Source: Escherichia phage vB_EcoM_VR20
Length of the DNA: 64,000 bases
Sequence record: NC_028894.1
Strand: one strand, 5' to 3'
Both the position numbers and the translations under genes were made by a program. The notes beneath the pieces were generated by a model. It was not told the DNA's origin. It was given only the letters and a program-made list of their open reading frames with translations, and ran no database searches. Of this stretch, positions 57,198-64,000 are shown piece after piece; the first letter of the stretch is position 1, and each line of letters opens with the position of its first letter.

Positions 57198-58732
57198 TGA
57201 CAACGACTAACACGCTAAAACATATTAGCGATAAATCCGAATATAAAACATTTGACCCGGCGGGGACTTCATTCCCGCCAGAAGTAACAAACGTTCAAGA
57301 AGCATTAGGGGCTTTGGCTCCTATTGCTATCGATGGATTTATCCCAGAATCAACTGTTACGGTCCCAGGTATTATTCGTCTGGCAACTGAACAAGAAGTT
57401 ATTGATGGTCTCGGTAATAATACCGCAGTAACTCCAGAAACTCTTAAAGCTCGTTTGGCTATTCCAACTCAGGCCACCGAAACATATATTGGTATTACCC
57501 GTTATGCAACCGATGCAGAAGCTATTGCCGGAACTGTTTCGACTGCTGCAATTGTTCCATCAAGCCTCAAGGCTTCTATCGATGATACATTTAATACTCG
57601 TACGTCTACAGAAGACCGCAACGGTGTAATTAAAATTTCAACACAACCGGCTGCACTAGCAGGAACAGACGATACAACAGCTATGACTCCTCTGAAGGTT
57701 TCATTAGCAATCGGTGCAGCAACTGCAGCTCTTCCAACTTATAGCACCGCAACAACCACCGTTCAGGGGATTGTTAAAATTGCAACTCCAGCTGAAGTCC
57801 AACAGGGAACAATGAATGATGGCGTTGCTGTTTCTCCATTGGGCTTGAAACAACTCGTTTCTACTCAGGGTCAAAATGGTCTTATTCGTCTGGCCACTCC
57901 GACCGAAGCCGCTGCAGGCAGTAACTCGAATATTGCATTATCTCCGTCCACTCTTTTATCGAGAACAGGTACAACTGGGCGCCTCGGGGTTGTTAAATTA
58001 ACAACTACTGTTGGTTCTGGTGATGGTAATACAGCTCTTGCGTATAATGCAAATGTCATTTCAACTGGTGGTGGTACGATTAACGGAACTCTTAACGTTA
58101 ACGGAACTTTACGCAGAAATGGTCAGGATGTCGTAACCCGCAACGAACTAAAAGATAGTGTACCAATCGGAACTATTATCATGTGGGGCGGTCAAACTGG
58201 TAATATTCCTTCTGGCTGGGAAATCTGTGATGGTGGCAACGTTGGTGATGCTGGTTTCCGAAATGTCGTTGGTGGTAAATGGGGTGCAACTGGTAACAAA
58301 CCAGATTTTCGTGGCTTATTCCCGCGTGGTTCCAACAGCTCTAACGATGGTGCTATGAAGGAATGGGAAACAAACATTAATATAAGAAACGCCAAGGGAA
58401 ATGATTCCAAACAAAAACCTAAATTGGGTCAAGGTGTTGGTTCATATGGTCACGGTACAGTACAGGCACAACAACTCCGTTTCCACAAGCACGCTGGTGG
58501 TTTTGGTGAACATGATAACGCTGGTGCATTTGGTAACACAGTTCGTTCAAACTATGCAGGCACTCGTAAAGGTTTGGACTGGGATAACCGTTCTTATTTT
58601 ACGAACGAAGGCTATGAAATTGATGGTGCAGGTAACCGTGATTCCCGGACTACATTGAACAGCGAAGGTCTGATAGGTAATGAAAGCCGTCCGTGGTCCA
58701 TGTCCATTCTTTTTATTATTAAGGTCAGATAA
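57197..58732 (+). CDS. 12: Short tail fiber gp12
   Basis: 511 aa; Thr/Ala/Gly-rich repeats, C-terminal His-rich head (HKHAGGFGEHD). Confidence 0.85.
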   Translation: MTTTNTLKHISDKSEYKTFDPAGTSFPPEVTNVQEALGALAPIAIDGFIPESTVTVPGIIRLATEQEVIDGLGNNTAVTPETLKARLAIPTQATETYIGITRYATDAEAIAGTVSTAAIVPSSLKASIDDTFNTRTSTEDRNGVIKISTQPAALAGTDDTTAMTPLKVSLAIGAATAALPTYSTATTTVQGIVKIATPAEVQQGTMNDGVAVSPLGLKQLVSTQGQNGLIRLATPTEAAAGSNSNIALSPSTLLSRTGTTGRLGVVKLTTTVGSGDGNTALAYNANVISTGGGTINGTLNVNGTLRRNGQDVVTRNELKDSVPIGTIIMWGGQTGNIPSGWEICDGGNVGDAGFRNVVGGKWGATGNKPDFRGLFPRGSNSSNDGAMKEWETNINIRNAKGNDSKQKPKLGQGVGSYGHGTVQAQQLRFHKHAGGFGEHDNAGAFGNTVRSNYAGTRKGLDWDNRSYFTNEGYEIDGAGNRDSRTTLNSEGLIGNESRPWSMSILFIIKVR

Positions 58733-58741
58733 GGAATAAAA

Positions 58742-60319
58742 ATGATTAACAAATTAGAATTAGCAAATCTTCCGTTTGTCGATGGTGTGCCAGAAGCTGA
58801 CCAAAAACGAATTGAATGGATTCGCAATGGTGATTGCTTAACTGCAGCCACTACCAAATATGGGCACGATGGTGCCCTTAACGCCGCAGCTTTTGGTGTA
58901 CAGACCAACGTTGAAACTCTGGAAAAGAATGACACGACCACTAAGGACAAAGTAAACGAAATTGTCGATAGTGTTAACCAGATTAAAGAAGCCCTGGATA
59001 TTTCCACTGATGCAAGCGTTATCCAACAGATTGAAACCAACCGTCTTAATATTGTAAGTCTCCAGACGGATTTAGCCGAAACTGATATTGCTTTACTTGA
59101 TACCAGCACAAATCTCGGTGAATTACAGGAAGATGTTGGTTATTATAACCCACTGGAAGATGGACCATATTTGACCGTTCGTGCTAATATTAACCGTATT
59201 AAGCGTGAAATGGGCCATTATGCAAACCAAGATATCAATGGTGACCCATTGCCTGAAGGCGAAACCAATGATGCCACCGGGATGAAACGTATTATCATCG
59301 ATAATAGTACAGCAATTGCAACCACGCAACGTCGTCTTACTATTCTCGAAGAAAATTACAATGATTCTGATGTAGGTGGTCTCACGATTAAATTAAATGA
59401 GATGCGTGAAGAATTAGGTCCGCGTACAGAAGGTATTGGTAAATCTCCCGTTTATACTCGTTTAACTGTGGTTGAAGCTAAAGCTGAAACTAATGAAACT
59501 GATATAGAGAATATCAAAACTGCAATTGGTTACGGTCAAGGTCAAAGTATCGCAAACCGCGTCGGGACTCTGGAAACCAAGGCAACAAATTTAGAAAATA
59601 CCACTTCTGGTATGAATACAAGATTGTCGAAAGTTGAAACAGATATTGGTACTGATGCTGAACCGACTTCCATTAATGGCCGTCTAAAAACGTTGCGTGA
59701 TGACATGACAGGTGTTCGTGTTGTTATCGGGGAAAATACAAGCAGTGGCTTACAGGGACAAGTTGTTGCCCTTAACGTTGCAGTAGGTATTAGTGATAGC
59801 CCGGCACCGACTTCCTTAATTCCTCGTATGCGTGAAGTCGAAACTTCTAGTCGTGCGAACGCTGCAGCTATTCAGGATATTCAAGCCGAAATCGGTAACA
59901 ATCAGTCAGGCATCAAAGGTTCTATCCTGACGATTAAATCACAAATCGATGGGACCAACCCAAACGGTTCGACTGTTGCTGAAAAAGGTATTCTCCCGAC
60001 TGTTGAAGGTCTGGTCAATGAAATGCCGACTAAGCTCAGTGATGCACCATCTGATACGAAGATTTACGGTCGCCAAGACGGTGCTTGGGCCGAAATCGTT
60101 GGCGGTGATATTCCTGCTTTAGTATCACGTGTGGATGGTATCGAATCGCGCACCAGTGGAGCCGAGATACTGATAACCGAACTTGAAGGTAAAGTATCAG
60201 CCTTAGAAACAGAGCTCGCCAAAAGGCCTCCTGTTGCTCCTACGGCTGACGGACTCCCTTATGTGCTCGTTGATAATGCATGGGTTCTTTTGTCAACATT
60301 CGTGACTGTTGGACCATAA
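58742..60319 (+). CDS. wac: Fibritin (whisker) Wac
   Basis: 525 aa coiled coil; C-terminal foldon-like ...YVLVDNAWVLLSTFV. Confidence 0.85.
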   Translation: MINKLELANLPFVDGVPEADQKRIEWIRNGDCLTAATTKYGHDGALNAAAFGVQTNVETLEKNDTTTKDKVNEIVDSVNQIKEALDISTDASVIQQIETNRLNIVSLQTDLAETDIALLDTSTNLGELQEDVGYYNPLEDGPYLTVRANINRIKREMGHYANQDINGDPLPEGETNDATGMKRIIIDNSTAIATTQRRLTILEENYNDSDVGGLTIKLNEMREELGPRTEGIGKSPVYTRLTVVEAKAETNETDIENIKTAIGYGQGQSIANRVGTLETKATNLENTTSGMNTRLSKVETDIGTDAEPTSINGRLKTLRDDMTGVRVVIGENTSSGLQGQVVALNVAVGISDSPAPTSLIPRMREVETSSRANAAAIQDIQAEIGNNQSGIKGSILTIKSQIDGTNPNGSTVAEKGILPTVEGLVNEMPTKLSDAPSDTKIYGRQDGAWAEIVGGDIPALVSRVDGIESRTSGAEILITELEGKVSALETELAKRPPVAPTADGLPYVLVDNAWVLLSTFVTVGP

Positions 60320-60323
60320 CAAA

Positions 60324-60342
60324 AGGGCTTCGGCCCTTTTTT
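60324..60342 (+). terminator. Rho-independent terminator
   Basis: GGGCttcgGCCC hairpin followed by TTTTTT just after wac stop. Confidence 0.65.
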
Positions 60343-60344
60343 CG

Positions 60345-60352
60345 TATAAATA
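60345..60352 (+). promoter_or_regulatory. T4-type late promoter TATAAATA for gene 13
   Basis: Exact TATAAATA 18 nt upstream of gp13 ATG. Confidence 0.6.
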
Positions 60353-60370
60353 CAGTAAAGAGGAAAACAT

Positions 60371-61309
60371 ATGGCAACTGAATCATACAACCCAAAACAA
60401 TTAAAAGATGCAATCCTTCGTCGTCTTGGTGCTCCAATCACGAATATCGAAGTCACAACCGAACAGGTTTATGATTGTATCCAGCGCGCATTAGAATTAT
60501 ATGGTGAATATCATTATAATGGATATAACAAAGGTTATCAGGCTTTTTATATTGGTCATGACGAAGTTTCACAACAGAAATTCCGTGACGGTGTTTTCGA
60601 TTTAAAAGGACGTAATATTTTTGCAGTAACGCAGATTATTCGTACTAACGTCGGTTCATTAACTTCGATGGATGGCCAAGCAACATATCCATGGTTCACA
60701 GATTTCGTTCTGGGACTGGCTGGTATTAATGGCGGAATGGGTAGTTCGTGTAATAGTTTTGGTCCAAATGCTTTTGGTGCAGACCTTGGTTATTTTACAC
60801 AGCTTATGCAATATCGTTCGATGATGCAAGACCTGATGGTTCCACTTCCAGATTACTGGTATAATGACGATACTGAACAACTTAAAATTATGGGCAACTT
60901 CCGTCAGGGAGATGTTATTGTAATTGAAGTTTACACCAAATCCTTTAATGGTGTTGATGCAATGGCCAGCAATACGGCAGGTTATGGTTATGCTTCTGGT
61001 GATTGTTCAAATCCATGGAATGCTGGTGCACAGTGGGATAACCCGGCTCGCAGAATAAGCGGTATGAGAGCCGGTGAGGACCTTGGACTTCAAGATGGTG
61101 CATACAACAACCGTTGGGTGAAAGACTATGCCACGGCGCTCGTTAAGGAAGTTAACGGCAACGTATTGGCTAAACACCAGGGAATGATGATGCCAGGTGG
61201 CGTCACAGTTGATGGTGTTCGTTTAATCGAAGAAGCTCGTATGGAAAAAGAACGTCTCCGCGAAGAACTTGACTTGCTGGATGCACCGACTCCTATATTG
61301 GTGGGCTAA
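60371..61309 (+). CDS. 13: Neck protein gp13
   Basis: 312 aa; synteny and size. Confidence 0.85.
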   Translation: MATESYNPKQLKDAILRRLGAPITNIEVTTEQVYDCIQRALELYGEYHYNGYNKGYQAFYIGHDEVSQQKFRDGVFDLKGRNIFAVTQIIRTNVGSLTSMDGQATYPWFTDFVLGLAGINGGMGSSCNSFGPNAFGADLGYFTQLMQYRSMMQDLMVPLPDYWYNDDTEQLKIMGNFRQGDVIVIEVYTKSFNGVDAMASNTAGYGYASGDCSNPWNAGAQWDNPARRISGMRAGEDLGLQDGAYNNRWVKDYATALVKEVNGNVLAKHQGMMMPGGVTVDGVRLIEEARMEKERLREELDLLDAPTPILVG

Positions 61310-62094
61310 TGGCTACTTATGACTCAAGATTATTCGCCCGGCTCGAAGACGGGACCGGGTATGACAATACCAATGCTACAGAGATATTGAACCCTTATGT
61401 AAACTTTATGCATCATGAAAATACACAGACTTTAGCTGATGCTATCGTTGCTGAAAGTATTCAGATGCGTGGGATGTCTCTCTATTATATCCCAAGACAA
61501 TTCGTTAAACCTGATTTGTTATTCGGTGAAGACCTCCAGAGTAAATTTGATAAAGCATGGAAATTTGCTGGCTATCTGGATACGTTCGATGCTTATCAGG
61601 GTGATGGTTCTATCTTTAGTAAATTCGGTATGTCTGTGAACGATGAAATCACAATATCGATTAACCCTAATCTGTTTAAACACCAATGCAATGGCACTGA
61701 ACCTATCGCCGGGGATTTGATTTATTTCCCTCTTGACAACAGCCTGTTCGAAATAACCTGGGTGCAACCTTATGACCCGTTCTATCAGGTAGGTCAAAAC
61801 GCCATTCGTAAAATTACCGCGAGCAAATACATTTACTCCGGGGAAGAGCTTAAACCTGAATTGCAACGGAATGAAGGTATTAATATTCCAGAATTCAGTG
61901 AGCTCGATTTACAACCAATCCACAATATTGATGGTCTTACAGATATCAGCGATATCCCTTATGCAGAATCCGATGAGATTAACGCAGAAGCGGCTGAATA
62001 TGTTAAACCATATTTTGTGCAGAATGGTCGTGGACTTGAGTCTCCTCCTAAGGCAAAACAGGATAGCTTTGACGATAGTTTCTTTGACGAATAA
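61309..62094 (+). CDS. 14: Neck protein gp14
   Basis: 261 aa; ATG overlaps gp13 stop. Confidence 0.85.
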   Translation: MATYDSRLFARLEDGTGYDNTNATEILNPYVNFMHHENTQTLADAIVAESIQMRGMSLYYIPRQFVKPDLLFGEDLQSKFDKAWKFAGYLDTFDAYQGDGSIFSKFGMSVNDEITISINPNLFKHQCNGTEPIAGDLIYFPLDNSLFEITWVQPYDPFYQVGQNAIRKITASKYIYSGEELKPELQRNEGINIPEFSELDLQPIHNIDGLTDISDIPYAESDEINAEAAEYVKPYFVQNGRGLESPPKAKQDSFDDSFFDE

Positions 62095-62137
62095 ATACAT
62101 TTATTAATGCGCCCGGACTGGGCGCCTGGAGGTTACT

Positions 62138-63009
62138 TTGTTTGGGCATTTTTATAATTCGTCTCTGCGTCGCTATATCGTTTTAATGGGCGATTTATTT
62201 TCCCATGTACAAGTGGCCAGAACCAGAGAAGATACTGGACTTAAATATATTAAGGTCCCTATTTCTTATGCATCAAAAGAAAAATTCATGATGCAGCTTG
62301 GAAAATGGACCGCTATTCAGAATACACCAACTCCTGACATGTCACCACAAGAACGTGCTGCCCAGAAGGCTAAAATCGAGACCGTATTGCCCCGTATGAA
62401 CCTACATATGGTTGACTTGATGTATAACGGGCAATATAAAACGGCTCTCCAGAATCACACACAGGCGCGATTTGCCAATAACGACCCACGTAAGCAGATA
62501 TCTCAATATTCTCCAGTGCCGGTCAAAATGATTTTCGAGCTTGGAATATATACAAGACATCAAGATGATATGTTCCAGATTATCGAACAAATCATGCCTT
62601 ACTTCCAGCCACATTTTAATACAACTATCACCGAACTTTATACGAATGAAATTACATTCGAACGTGATATAAGAATTGTACTCCAGTCCATAGCTATGGA
62701 TGAGCAAATTGAAGGTGATGCAATGACTCGCCGTAGACTCGAATGGTCAATTATGTTCGAAGTTAACGGTTGGTTATATCCACCGGTTAAGGAAGTGGCC
62801 GGGGAAATCCGTACTATCTATCTTGACTTCTTTGCAAATTCTAGAGAGCTTGCACCGGAAGGTAATTTCGAATCTGTTGACTCAGAAGCCGTTCCACGAG
62901 ACGTCGACCAAGAAGACTGGCAAGGTGAATCCGTTCAAACTTACTCGCAAGATATTCCTGTACCGGTTGACCCAGCACCTCCAGCACCAAGAAAAAATAG
63001 GGTACCATT

Positions 63010-63013
<4 letters not shown>
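62138..63013 (+). CDS. 15: Tail sheath stabiliser / tail terminator gp15
   Basis: 291 aa; [13 protein letters not shown]...[14 protein letters not shown] matches T4 gp15; apparent TTG start after GGAGG SD. Confidence 0.8.

Positions 63014-64000
<987 letters not shown>

Noticed and set aside
45441-59329. Minus-strand ORFs inside the late structural block (e.g. 45441..45743, 46287..46589, 51669..52046, 52822..53235, 54937..55302, 58612..59109)
   Set aside because: All are embedded antisense within conserved plus-strand baseplate/tail-fibre genes; no independent support.

Overview
This window is a T4-like (Tevenvirinae) myovirus segment in the same orientation as the T4 map, running from gene 46 to gene 17. 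Positions 1-44.5 kb are a minus-strand early/middle region: 46 (partial), 47, 55, nrdH-like, nrdG, nrdD, 49, nrdC, rI, tk, regB, denV, e (lysozyme), nudE, two tRNAs, 57B, 57A, 1, 3, 2, 4, interleaved with many small accessory ORFs. Positions 44.5-64 kb are the plus-strand late morphogenesis block: 53, 5, 5.1, 5.4 (PAAR), 6-12, wac, 13, 14, 15, 16 and the start of 17. Relative to T4 there is no alpha-glucosyltransferase ORF between 47 and 55, no intron or homing endonuclease at nrdD, and no segB or pin-sized ORF. The most interesting content is accessory: (i) ten ORFs carrying a T4-type N-terminal capsid-targeting sequence (MKTYQEFI... followed by L/I-x-E), in two clusters next to e/denV and 57B plus one singleton; (ii) a tandem array of five small paralogs all ending in G-x-W-(V/Y)-x-S-S-x-x-C; (iii) four neighbouring proteins, three membrane-anchored, sharing a C-terminal F-I-x-E-C/V-(R/K) tail; (iv) a nucleotidyltransferase-fold protein coupled to a multi-TM protein; (v) a macro-domain protein, a Nudix hydrolase and a 2H-phosphoesterase (57B). 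Two families of near-identical promoter/5' leader cassettes recur ahead of the accessory genes. All calls are from reading the sequence and from memory of T4 proteins; no database search was run.
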